Part shown: positions 20,358 to 28,858 of the stretch, in pieces
Numbering within the stretch: position 1 is the first letter of the stretch
Layout: each line of letters opens with the position of its first letter
DNA from: Alphaproteobacteria bacterium
GTDB taxonomy: Bacteria; Pseudomonadota; Alphaproteobacteria; UBA6615
Length of the DNA stretch: 64,000 nt
NCBI GenBank assembly: GCA_049601915.1
Contig: JBMYRB010000002.1
Coordinates: 410,648 to 474,647, forward strand
Reading direction: 5' to 3'
The notes under the pieces: generated by a model
What the model was told of the DNA's origin: nothing
What the model saw: only the letters and a program-made list of their open reading frames with translations
Databases searched by the model: none
Made by a program: the position numbers and the translations under genes

Positions 20358-22181
20358 CTAGCGACCAACGGCGTAGGCTTCCTGGAACCGCGGATGGGCC
20401 GCACCTTTCAGGAACCAGCCCTGTTCGCCAAGTTCGCGACCCACGGCGGTCATGCGACCCGATGCCCAGTCGCCAACCATCGTCACGCGATGGCCACGCG
20501 CGCGCAGGTCCGCGATGGTGGCTTCGGCAAAACGGCTCTCCGCCTTGACCTCGCCCGGCTGGAACGTCCGCGGGTAGAAACTCGACGGAAGATGGTCGGT
20601 GTGGAAATTGGGGGCATCGATCGCGGCCTGCAGGTCATATCCGTGATGAATATGACGCAGGAACATGGTCAGCGCCCATTGGTCCTGCGCGTCGCCGCCC
20701 GGGGTGCCGAATGCGAGGGACGGCGCGCCGTCGCGCATGGCCAGGGTCGGGCTGAGTGTCGTGCGCGGACGGATCCCCGGCCGCAATGTTGTCGCGAAGC
20801 CTTCCTGGAGCCAGAACATCTGTGCCCGCGTTCCCAGGCAGAAACCGAGCGACGGGATCGTCGGGGAGGATTGCAGCCACCCGCCGCTGGGCATGCAGGC
20901 CACCATGTTGCCGTCCCGGTCAACGGTGTCACAATGCACAGTGTCGCCGTTGGAACTGGTTGGCGCGGCGTTGGGTTCCCCGACGCTGGCCTGCGCCGCG
21001 TTGGGTTCGCCCGCCCCCGGTGCGGAGGCCGCCGCGGCGTGGGGGTTGAATATGGTGAACTCGGCCAGCGCGGGATTTCGGTCGTCAGGTGCGCCGGGCT
21101 GGAACTCCAGCGATGCGTCGTGGCCGACCATGGCGCGTCTTGCGTTGTTATAGGCATCTGACAGAAGTGTCTTGATCGGGACATCATTGACCGCCGGGTC
21201 GCCATACCAGGCCTCGCGATCGGCGAGCGCCAGCTTCGCGCACTCGATCTGAGTGTGCATGAACTCTGGACCGAGCGGGTCCATGCCCGCAACGTCGAAC
21301 CCCTTGAGCAATGCCAGCTGTTGCAGGAACACCGGACCCTGGCTCCAGACGCCGGGTTTGCAGACCGTATAACCGGCATAGTCGTAGGTGGCCGGTTCCT
21401 CGACCGTGGCGCGCCAGCGTGCCATGTCGTCGCCGGTCAGCAGCCCGCCATGGAGCTCGCCGGAGGAGTCCAGCCATTCGGTGGTGCGGCAGAAATCGTC
21501 GATCTCCTCGGCGATGAAACCTTCATAGAAGACGCGCCGCGCCGCCTCGATCGTATCTTCGCGGTCGCCGCCTGTGGCCTCGGCTTCATTCAGCAGGCGC
21601 TGATAGGTCTCGCCGATGACCGGGGTGCGATGCATGCTGCCGACCTTGGGGACCTCACCGTTGACCAGCCATGTTTCGGCCGATGTCGGCCAGGCCGTGC
21701 GGAACTGCTCTTCGACGCCACCGATGATCGTGTTCATCATCGGGACCACGGCATAGCCGTCGCGCGCATAGCTGATCGCGGGTTCAATCACGTCCCGCAG
21801 TGACAATAGGCCATAGTCGCGCAGCATCAGCATCCAGGCGCCGAAGGCGCCGGGCACGCAGGGTGCGAGAAGGCCCGTGCCAGGGACCAAGTCTAGGCCG
21901 AGATTGCGATACGCCTCGATGCTCGCTGCGGCCGGTGACACGCCCTGGCCGCAGATCACTTCCACCTTGCCGGTGCGCGCGTCGTGTAGGACGATCGGCA
22001 GGTCCCCGCCGGGACCGTTCTGATAGGGATGAACAATCTGTAAGGCGAGCCCGGTCGCCACGGCGGCGTCGAATGCATTCCCGCCGATTTCGAACATGCG
22101 CCAGCCGGCCATCGTGGCCAGATAATGGGTCGACGTGACCATGCCGTAAGTTCCACGGATTTCCGGTCGTGTGGTAAACAT
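20358..22181 (-). CDS. ggt: Gamma-glutamyltransferase family protein (YwrD-like)
   Basis: The GGT fold runs throughout. The autoprocessing/nucleophile region GDTVHCDTVDRDGNMVA aligns with E. coli TTHYSVVDKDGNAV. Start reassigned to the MFTTRPEIRG ATG at 22179-22181 to avoid a head-to-head overlap with the next gene. The pre-cleavage linker contains an internal tandem duplication. Confidence 0.85.
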   Translation of the reverse strand: MFTTRPEIRGTYGMVTSTHYLATMAGWRMFEIGGNAFDAAVATGLALQIVHPYQNGPGGDLPIVLHDARTGKVEVICGQGVSPAAASIEAYRNLGLDLVPGTGLLAPCVPGAFGAWMLMLRDYGLLSLRDVIEPAISYARDGYAVVPMMNTIIGGVEEQFRTAWPTSAETWLVNGEVPKVGSMHRTPVIGETYQRLLNEAEATGGDREDTIEAARRVFYEGFIAEEIDDFCRTTEWLDSSGELHGGLLTGDDMARWRATVEEPATYDYAGYTVCKPGVWSQGPVFLQQLALLKGFDVAGMDPLGPEFMHTQIECAKLALADREAWYGDPAVNDVPIKTLLSDAYNNARRAMVGHDASLEFQPGAPDDRNPALAEFTIFNPHAAAASAPGAGEPNAAQASVGEPNAAPTSSNGDTVHCDTVDRDGNMVACMPSGGWLQSSPTIPSLGFCLGTRAQMFWLQEGFATTLRPGIRPRTTLSPTLAMRDGAPSLAFGTPGGDAQDQWALTMFLRHIHHGYDLQAAIDAPNFHTDHLPSSFYPRTFQPGEVKAESRFAEATIADLRARGHRVTMVGDWASGRMTAVGRELGEQGWFLKGAAHPRFQEAYAVGR

Positions 22182-22245
22182 GGGGTCAGTCTCCGCGCGG
22201 GTTCCGTGCGGACAATAACTCTCCGCCAGCGCGCGCAGCAACCGC

Positions 22246-23295
22246 GTGCAAGAGATCAAACGGCGGATCAGACGGGAGGGACGGGTTTTGCAGATCGAAC
22301 ACCCATATCTGATGTTTCTCGGCGATGCGGCCGATCAATTGGCGGCGAAGACCGCGCAGGGAATCGTGCACTGGCGGGGTGACTGGTGTCTGGGCCAGCT
22401 GCGCCTCGAGAACTGCAACGCCGATCTCGGCCTGCCGGACATGACCATCGATGATGCCGCGGCTGCCGGGGTGCGAACCCTGGTGATCGGGGTGGCCAAT
22501 CGCGGTGGTGTTGTCGGTGAGAGTTGGATTTCGACCATTTTGCGCGCCATCGAAGTCGGTATGGATGTCGCCTCGGGTTTGCACACACGGATAGCCGACA
22601 TACCCGAGGTCGCAGCGGCAGCGGATGCGCATGGCACGCAGCTGTTCGATGTGCGCCATCCCACTCAGAGTTTCGACGTCGGGACCGGCGCGCGGCGGCC
22701 AGGCAAGCGCATGCTCGCGGTCGGGACAGATTGTTCCGTGGGCAAGATGTACACCGCGCTGGCGGTGGATGCGGAGCTGCGTCAGCGGGGCGTGGATTGC
22801 GATTTCCGTGCGACCGGGCAGACGGGCATTTTCATTGCCGGATCCGGTGTTTCGGTCGATGCCGTGGTGTCGGATTTCATTTCCGGTGCGACCGAATGGC
22901 TCGCGCCGGCCAATGCGCCGGATCACTGGGATCTCGTCGAGGGGCAGGGGTCGCTGTTTCACCCCTCCTATGCCGGGGTCACGATGGGGTTGGTGCACGG
23001 GGCCCAGCCGGACGCGCTGGTGCTGTGCCACGAGCCGACGCGCACCCATATGCGCGGCCTGCCGCACCAGGCTTTGCCCGATATCGGTGTCTGTATCGAG
23101 GGGCACCTGGCGGCGGCGCGGTTGACCAACCCGGACGCACAATGTGTCGGGATCGCGGTGAACAGCTCCGGGATGGATAGCGACGGGGCGCGGGCCGATT
23201 TGATGCAGAAATTGTCGGACCGTTATGAAATTCCCGCACTCGACCCTGTCCGCGACGGCGTCGGCCTGATTGTTGACCTGCTGATGCAGCTGTAA
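22246..23295 (+). CDS. DUF1611 domain-containing protein (DgcN-like, putative D-glutamate N-acetyltransferase)
   Basis: P-loop-like GTDCSVGKMYTAL and the DUF1611 core (ATGQTGIFIAGSGVSVDAVVSDFISGA...VEGQGSLFHPSYAGVTMGLVHGAQPDALVLCHE). Translationally coupled to the downstream enolase-superfamily gene (4-nt gap). Confidence 0.7.
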   Translation: MQEIKRRIRREGRVLQIEHPYLMFLGDAADQLAAKTAQGIVHWRGDWCLGQLRLENCNADLGLPDMTIDDAAAAGVRTLVIGVANRGGVVGESWISTILRAIEVGMDVASGLHTRIADIPEVAAAADAHGTQLFDVRHPTQSFDVGTGARRPGKRMLAVGTDCSVGKMYTALAVDAELRQRGVDCDFRATGQTGIFIAGSGVSVDAVVSDFISGATEWLAPANAPDHWDLVEGQGSLFHPSYAGVTMGLVHGAQPDALVLCHEPTRTHMRGLPHQALPDIGVCIEGHLAAARLTNPDAQCVGIAVNSSGMDSDGARADLMQKLSDRYEIPALDPVRDGVGLIVDLLMQL

Positions 23296-23299
23296 GGCG

Positions 23300-24280
23300 A
23301 TGCGCGCGCTGACCGCACAGATCGAGACGTTTGCTCTGCGGCGGCATTTCACGATCTCGCGCGGGACCAAGACCGAGACGATCGTGGTGGTTGCAACCAT
23401 TTCGGACGGCACGACAATCGGGCGCGGAGAATGCGGCCCGAATGCCCGCTATGACGAGACCCCGGAAAGTGTTGCGGCCGATATTCTGGCCATGTCAACG
23501 GCGCTGGAAGCCGGGATGACCCGGGCCGGTCTGCAGGATGCAATGCCGCCGGGTGCGGCACGCAACGCGATCGATTGCGCGCTGTGGGACTTCGAGGCCC
23601 GCACCTCGGGCACGCCGGCATGGCAACAGGCCGGATTACTGACACTGGATCCGGTTGTCACGGCGTTCACATTGAGCGCCGACGGACCGGCGGAAATGTC
23701 GCGCGAGGCAGCCGCGCATGCGAGCCGCCCCTTGCTCAAACTGAAGTTGACCGGTGAAGACGATCTGGCGCGTGTCCGTGCCGTGCGGGCCGCAGTGCGG
23801 GAGGTGTCTCTGATAGTGGATGCCAACGAGGCCTGGGATGTCGAGACCTATCGGGAGTTGGTGCCGGCGCTGGCGGCGCTTGGCGTGGAGTTGATCGAGC
23901 AACCCTTTCCGGCCGGAGACGATGGCGCGCTCGCGACGTTGCCACGACCCATACCCGTTTGCGCGGACGAGGCGTTTCACGACCGAGCGAGCCTCGCGCG
24001 GCTGAAGGGTAAGTATGATCTGGTCAACATCAAGCTCGACAAGACAGGTGGGTTAACCGAGGCGTTGGCGACGGTAGCCGCCGCCCGTGCAGACGGGTTC
24101 GGCGTGATGGTCGGCTGTATGGTCGGAACCAGCCTTGCCATGGCGCCCGCCATGCTGGTGGCCCAGGTCGCCGAATTCGTGGATCTGGACGGCCCGCTGT
24201 TGTTGGCCCAGGACCGCACGCCGGGCCTGTCGGTCGAAGGCAGTAATTTGTCGTTGCCGGCATCCGGATTATGGGGCTGA
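23300..24280 (+). CDS. Enolase-superfamily dipeptide epimerase / N-acyl amino acid racemase (DgcA-like)
   Basis: 326 aa with the MR/MLE metal-ligand pattern (IVDANEAWD, IEQPFP, ADEAFHD, KLDKTGG) typical of L-Ala-D/L-Glu epimerase-like enzymes. Paired with DUF1611 as in the described dgcN-dgcA D-glutamate catabolic pair. Confidence 0.75.
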   Translation: MRALTAQIETFALRRHFTISRGTKTETIVVVATISDGTTIGRGECGPNARYDETPESVAADILAMSTALEAGMTRAGLQDAMPPGAARNAIDCALWDFEARTSGTPAWQQAGLLTLDPVVTAFTLSADGPAEMSREAAAHASRPLLKLKLTGEDDLARVRAVRAAVREVSLIVDANEAWDVETYRELVPALAALGVELIEQPFPAGDDGALATLPRPIPVCADEAFHDRASLARLKGKYDLVNIKLDKTGGLTEALATVAAARADGFGVMVGCMVGTSLAMAPAMLVAQVAEFVDLDGPLLLAQDRTPGLSVEGSNLSLPASGLWG

Positions 24281-24380
24281 CTTTCTCAAGTTGTTGTTCT
24301 TCAATAGCTTAGTCCAGCTCGCCACACCCGCCCGCACCGCCTGACAGGTCACGCATGTGAGTATCGCAAAACAGGGATTC

Positions 24381-25004
24381 TCAGACCGTTGGTCCGGATA
24401 CGGAACATCCGTAAGCCGCGCGTTTGGCACGTGCGTAGATGATTGCACTGACCCGCCAGGCACGAATGAGCAATTTCGTGCAGCCGGTTAACAGCGTCAT
24501 TCGCGGCTTTTTACTGTGGGGCAACGTTTCGACAATCACGCTGGTCGTCTGGGTCGGCCTTGTGTGGGCCTCGTCGGCGGCGTTCGCGTCGGGGTCGAAG
24601 GCCCGCTCCAGGTCGGGAAATGCGCCGGGATGATGGTGCAGGTTGATCTGCATACAGCCGACATCGATGTTCCGGACACCGCGCGCCTGCAGTTCCCGGA
24701 CGTGAGCGATGGCTTTGGCTATGGTCGGGAAAAATCGTCCGTTCGGGCCGTTCGTGACGGTCCATGGCTAGGTAAAAACTGCCTCCCGTTCGCTATCCCA
24801 GCGGCCGGACTCGGTCTGTGCGATCGCCGTCAAAAGATCATTGGGAATATTGTGCTCGCGCTCTGTGTGGCCGATGGCTGAAGCGCAAATATTGCGCGTT
24901 TCCAGGGCGTTGGAAGGGCTTGCATCGATCATGGTCGCGAGCCAGAAAAGGCTGACCGTGGCAGCGAATGCCAGAATATACTGGCGCAAGGTATGAAACT
25001 TCAT
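24381..25004 (-). pseudogene. Secreted lytic transglycosylase (SLT domain) interrupted by an in-frame TAG at 24768-24770
   Basis: Track ORF 24768..25004 has a signal peptide, TAIAQTESGRWD and then a stop. Reading the same frame past the TAG continues as PWTVTNGPNGRFFPTIAKAIAHVRELQARGVRNIDVGCMQINLHHHPGAF... and joins track ORF 24381..24653. The two parts together make a 207-aa small SLT-family protein. The TAG sits where I recall a tryptophan in homologs. Confidence 0.65.
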
Positions 25005-25194
25005 CGGGACGGCACCCGGTACATCTCAAACGCCGTGCTAATGGCGACGGGTTCTGCACGTCTATTGTGCAGCGCATTATATATGCGAAATAAAATTACC
25101 GAAAAAATCGATAATTGGAAAAGTTTCTATTAATAACTAATAGATGTGACGGATATTCTTGATTTCGCATCTGCACAATATATATATTGCGTGG

Positions 25195-25271
25195 CGGCAC
25201 CGTACTGCGGTGTCGCTGTAAAGCGTTTCCTCCCTATGACTTCGGGCCGTGGCTTCCACGGCCCTTTTTTT
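25195..25271 (+). ncRNA. Candidate small RNA (promoter plus intrinsic terminator, non-coding) in an AT-rich intergenic island
   Basis: Sigma70-like promoter TTGATT (25159-25164) - 17 nt - ATATAT (25182-25187). About 75 nt downstream lies a 9-bp GC hairpin GGGCCGTGG-CTT-CCACGGCCC (25244-25264) followed by TTTTTTT (25265-25271). The transcript holds a CCUCCC motif and no convincing ORF. Confidence 0.3.
25244..25271 (+). terminator. Rho-independent terminator (perfect 9-bp GC stem, 3-nt loop, T7 tract)
   Basis: GGGCCGTGG CTT CCACGGCCC TTTTTTT read directly. The T-tract is on the plus strand only, so it terminates a plus-strand transcript. Confidence 0.55.
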
Positions 25272-25434
25272 GGTACCACGCTCGCCGAAGTCATTGGGCG
25301 ATGGGCAGATCCTCGGGGATGCGTTCACCGGCATTGGTTTCATCCAGACCGCGGACCTCTTCATAGATCGGTGTGAAGTCCGGCAACGTCGCGGCGACCA
25401 GAGAATCGAATGATTCGATGACGAAGTAGGTTTC

Positions 25435-26082
25435 CTAGAAATCATCTATCCGATAGCGCGACCGCAGAATTCTTTTCAGGTCGAAACGAATGCGATTGGG
25501 CGCGGGGTCGTCGAGACAGTAGAGGCTCCCACCTTTCGAGGACGTGATACCAGCGCCGAAGATGCCCAATTCGTCGGGTGAATTGATCAGACCAAATTCG
25601 ACGGTGTACCAGTACAAGCGCGCCAACATGTCCAATGCACCAAGATTTATCGCCTTGAGACCACCGCGCCCGCAGGCGGCCATATAGTCTGCGACGGCGG
25701 GATTGGTGAGCAATGGGACATGCCCGAACAGATCGTGAAAGACATCCGGTTCTTGCAGATAGTCCATGTTCTCGCGCTTGCGAATCCAGTTGGTCACCGG
25801 GAATCGGCGTGCCGCTATGTGAGCGAAGAATATCTCCTCCTGGATCAGGCCCGGTACCGCGACGATCTGCCATCCCGTGATCGGCTCAAGTGCTTCTGAC
25901 AGTCGGGAATATTCGGGAATGCCGTCCTCGCTGATCGCCAGAGCCTTGGGGCCTGCCATGGACTCATTACAGACCCGGCCGGGCAGGAGTGCGGTTTGGC
26001 GACGATACAACTCGCGCCACACGGCGTGGTCCTCTTCCGTGCAGCTTTCGTAGGCCTGATCAATAACGCCATCTATTCTCAT
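25435..26082 (-). CDS. phhA: Phenylalanine 4-monooxygenase (bacterial short form)
   Basis: 215 aa with the aromatic amino acid hydroxylase catalytic core (FHDLFGHVPLL...YWYTVEFGL). The two His and the Glu iron ligands are present. Confidence 0.85.
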   Translation of the reverse strand: MRIDGVIDQAYESCTEEDHAVWRELYRRQTALLPGRVCNESMAGPKALAISEDGIPEYSRLSEALEPITGWQIVAVPGLIQEEIFFAHIAARRFPVTNWIRKRENMDYLQEPDVFHDLFGHVPLLTNPAVADYMAACGRGGLKAINLGALDMLARLYWYTVEFGLINSPDELGIFGAGITSSKGGSLYCLDDPAPNRIRFDLKRILRSRYRIDDF

Positions 26083-26133
26083 GGGTATTGCTCCGCCGGT
26101 CAGTGTTGATCGCCTGGACCTATGCCACCACGT

Positions 26134-26703
26134 CTAGCCCTGATCGCCGGCAACATCATCGGGCGGCAATGTGGAGCCGGGGCCGAGCGCGCGCTGCATG
26201 CGCACACCGTCGACCCAGCGGCCAAATTTGAAACCGACCGCCGGCATGGTTCCGACCATTTCAAATCCGAGATGTTTGTGAAGACCGATCGAGCCGTGGT
26301 TGTCGCTGCCCCCGATTACCGCGACCATCTGTCGGAGTCCCGCCGCCGTGCAGCGCGCGATGAGCTCTGTCAGCAGCGTTCGGCCGAGGCCGCGCCGCAG
26401 CGCGTCATTCGAAATATAGACGGAATCCTCAACGGTATAGCGATACGCGGACCGCCCGCGAAACGGGCTGACATAGGCATAGCCGCCGATCTGACCGTCA
26501 CACTCGGCGACGATAAAGGGCAGGCCCCGTTCTTGAATGGTCCCCATGCGCTGCGCCATCTCCGCGGCGTCGGGCGGAACCTCTTCGAACGAGGACAGCC
26601 CGGTCAGAACATGAGTCGCATAGATTTTCTGAATAGCGGGCGCATCATCCGCACAGGCATCGCGCAGCGTGAACAAATTCGCCTGGTCCGGGGCCGCAGA
26701 CAA
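26134..26703 (-). CDS. GNAT family N-acetyltransferase (phosphinothricin/methionine-sulfoximine acetyltransferase-like)
   Basis: 189 aa with acetyl-CoA binding motif A (RRGLGRTLLTELIARC) and the PAT-family overall pattern. Confidence 0.8.
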   Translation of the reverse strand: MSAAPDQANLFTLRDACADDAPAIQKIYATHVLTGLSSFEEVPPDAAEMAQRMGTIQERGLPFIVAECDGQIGGYAYVSPFRGRSAYRYTVEDSVYISNDALRRGLGRTLLTELIARCTAAGLRQMVAVIGGSDNHGSIGLHKHLGFEMVGTMPAVGFKFGRWVDGVRMQRALGPGSTLPPDDVAGDQG

Positions 26704-26711
26704 GATCCGTC

Positions 26712-27620
26712 TCAGGCGGCGAGGGCTGCGGGTTCAAGCGCTGCCAGCCGGGCGGCCAAAAGGCTCATATTCTCCGCGACTTTCGCGAGGCCATCTGTGC
26801 GCTCGATGGTCGCCTCATCCATGTAGAGCGCGCGGTTGATTTCGATTTGCAGCGCATGCACGCCGGTTTCGGGGCGGCCATAGTTTCGGGTGATGAATCC
26901 GCCCGAATATGGGGCGTTGCGGACAACGGTGTAACCCATCTCACGCAAGGTCTCCTCCACCAGGCCCGTCAGGGAACGGTTGCACGCCCGGCCATGGGCA
27001 TCGCCGAGAATGAAATCCACCTGGCGGCGACGCCCGGCATCATTCTCCATTGGCCCGCCGATGGACGGCATTGAATGGCAGTCAATGAGTATGCAAGTGC
27101 CGAATGCGGTGCGGGTCTGGGTAATCAGATCCTCCAGCGCCTCATGGTAGGGCTGGTAGCAACGCTCGATGCGTTCACGTGCCTCGTCGAATGAAAGTTT
27201 GCACGAGTATATTTCTGCACCATTGGCGACCACGCGCGCGATCGTGCCGAGCCCGGCAGAAACCCTGGGTGAGCGTTTATTGACGAACGCCGGGAGCGTC
27301 TCGATGAACATCGCAGGGTCAAGTTCATACGGTTCGCGATTGGGATCGACGAAGGCGCGCGGGAACAATGCTTTCAACAGCGGCGCGCCGTGATGCGGCA
27401 CCTGGGCGAACAGTTCATCGACAAATGAATCTTCGGAACGACGAATGGCATGCGCGTCGAGTTTGGACGCGGCGAGGAACGCGTCGGGATAAGCCCGTCC
27501 GCTATGGGGCGACGAGAATACCAGCGGCACACGCTGTTCTGCGGGCGCTAGAATCTCAATCGCGGCGTCGGAAGCAATCTCAATCGCGGCGTCGGAATCA
27601 ATGACGGTTTCGCGGTCCAT
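26712..27620 (-). CDS. N-formylglutamate amidohydrolase family protein (HutG/FGase family)
   Basis: 302 aa with PLVFSSPHSGRAYP and CILIDCHSMPS motifs characteristic of the FGase family. The N-terminus contains a 24-nt tandem duplication. Confidence 0.8.
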   Translation of the reverse strand: MDRETVIDSDAAIEIASDAAIEILAPAEQRVPLVFSSPHSGRAYPDAFLAASKLDAHAIRRSEDSFVDELFAQVPHHGAPLLKALFPRAFVDPNREPYELDPAMFIETLPAFVNKRSPRVSAGLGTIARVVANGAEIYSCKLSFDEARERIERCYQPYHEALEDLITQTRTAFGTCILIDCHSMPSIGGPMENDAGRRRQVDFILGDAHGRACNRSLTGLVEETLREMGYTVVRNAPYSGGFITRNYGRPETGVHALQIEINRALYMDEATIERTDGLAKVAENMSLLAARLAALEPAALAA

Positions 27621-27814
27621 AACATGTCTGATGTAACGAAAAGCGGGCCGACTGTCACCCTTGACACGGATGCGTGTTTCGATGTGAGCGAAGGGATGAG
27701 GCGGCGTTCGTCAGGATCGACTTTCTTCACCTTTTTGAAACCGGTTCAGGGTAGCCTCTGGCCGCAGGGCTGGCTGCGCGGAACGATACTGAAATGCCGA
27801 AGTATACGGGATAG

Positions 27815-28180
27815 ATGGCGCAAATTTTGCTCGCGGAAGATGATCAATCGATGCGTGAGTTTCTGGCACGTGCGCTGGAGCGCAGCGGGCACGACGTCAT
27901 GGCTGTGCCCGATGGCCTGGCGACCCTCGACGCTGTGGCGGAGCGCGCCCATGAGCTCCTGATCGCAGACATCGTGATGCCGGGAATCGGTGGCATCGAG
28001 GTGTCGCGCTCGGCCAGCAAGGTGAACGCGGATCTGAAGGTATTGTTCATCACCGGCTTCGCGGCGGTGGCCACGAATGCGCTAGAGGAAATGGGCGATA
28101 CAAAAGTTCTGTCCAAGCCATTTCACTTGCGTGATCTCGTCGATCATGTGGATGCGATCTTGGAAGAGCAGGTCACCTGA
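27815..28180 (+). CDS. cpdR: Single-domain response regulator CpdR (ClpXP adaptor-type)
   Basis: 121 aa, receiver domain only. Closely matches the Caulobacter/Rhizobiales CpdR pattern (ILLAEDD, LLIADIVMPGIGGIE, LKVLFITGFAAVA, KVLSKPFHLRDLV). Confidence 0.8.
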   Translation: MAQILLAEDDQSMREFLARALERSGHDVMAVPDGLATLDAVAERAHELLIADIVMPGIGGIEVSRSASKVNADLKVLFITGFAAVATNALEEMGDTKVLSKPFHLRDLVDHVDAILEEQVT

Positions 28181-28226
28181 CGACACGACGTTTTTTGCTA
28201 TACTGCCCCGAACACTTTGATGAAAA

Positions 28227-28568
28227 ATGGGGGCGCGCGTGTCCAACACCGCCGAAATTACCTACACACCCGATGCCGATGATCGCACTGCCGAGCTCAG
28301 CGAGATTATCCACGAGGATGATCGTTCGCGGGTGGTCAAGTATACGATCAAGCCCGGTGAACAGACCGGATGGCACACTCATGAACTCGATTATGTGGTG
28401 ATCTATCTCACCCCCGGGGAGCTCACATCGCACTTTGCCGATGGAACCACGAAGGTGTTTAACTACGAACCCGGCAAGGCCGGTTCCTACAAGGCGCCTG
28501 TGGAGCACAACGCGGTGAACACCGGCGACACGGACGTCGTCGGTTACGAAATCGAGTACAAGCGGTAG
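28227..28568 (+). CDS. Cupin domain-containing protein
   Basis: 113 aa with the cupin motifs G(x)5HxH (GEQTGWHTHELDY) and a second conserved His (APVEHNAVN). Confidence 0.65.
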   Translation: MGARVSNTAEITYTPDADDRTAELSEIIHEDDRSRVVKYTIKPGEQTGWHTHELDYVVIYLTPGELTSHFADGTTKVFNYEPGKAGSYKAPVEHNAVNTGDTDVVGYEIEYKR

Positions 28569-28692
28569 CGCTTGTGAAATTGGCGGGCGCACCACTTGCC
28601 ATTGGCGGGGGTGCGGTGTATCACCCGCCCCTGTCGTGTACGAAAGACCGGAGACGGAACGTCGTCGGCGACGCTGAAACCCGTATCAGGTG

Positions 28693-28767
28693 GGGCGCGT
28701 AGCTCAGCGGGAGAGCACTGTGTTGACATCGCAGGGGTCGCTGGTTCAATCCCAGCCGTGCCCACCA
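28693..28767 (+). tRNA. tRNA-Val (anticodon GAC)
   Basis: Manual fold. Acceptor GGGCGCG/CGUGCCC (one G-U pair). D-arm GCUC-AGCGGGA-GAGC. Anticodon stem CUGUG/CGCAG with loop UUGACAU, giving anticodon GAC. Variable loop GGGUC. T-arm GCUGG-UUCAAUC-CCAGC. Discriminator A and an encoded CCA. Confidence 0.85.
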
Positions 28768-28858
28768 TTTTCCGCCCCCTCATGTCTGATCTAGGTCGTG
28801 TTTTAGCCGCCTGTTTCGCTGTTTATAGACTCCTTCCTGTCACCCGCTTTAGAGTCCG

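Noticed and set aside
2526-23412. Numerous long antisense ORFs inside lysC, ptsP, hisS, the GluTR homolog, prfA (10332..11696, 454 aa), clpB, ggt (20088..21161) and the DUF1611 gene (22186..23412, 408 aa)
   Set aside because: Each lies opposite a gene with strong family motifs and has a biased Arg/Gly/Pro composition without motifs. High GC suppresses stop codons on the antisense strand.
28600-28650. Imperfect GC hairpin (GGCGGGGGTG...CACCCGCCCC) between the cupin gene and tRNA-Val as a terminator
   Set aside because: The stem has mismatches and there is no U-tract, so it is too weak to call.
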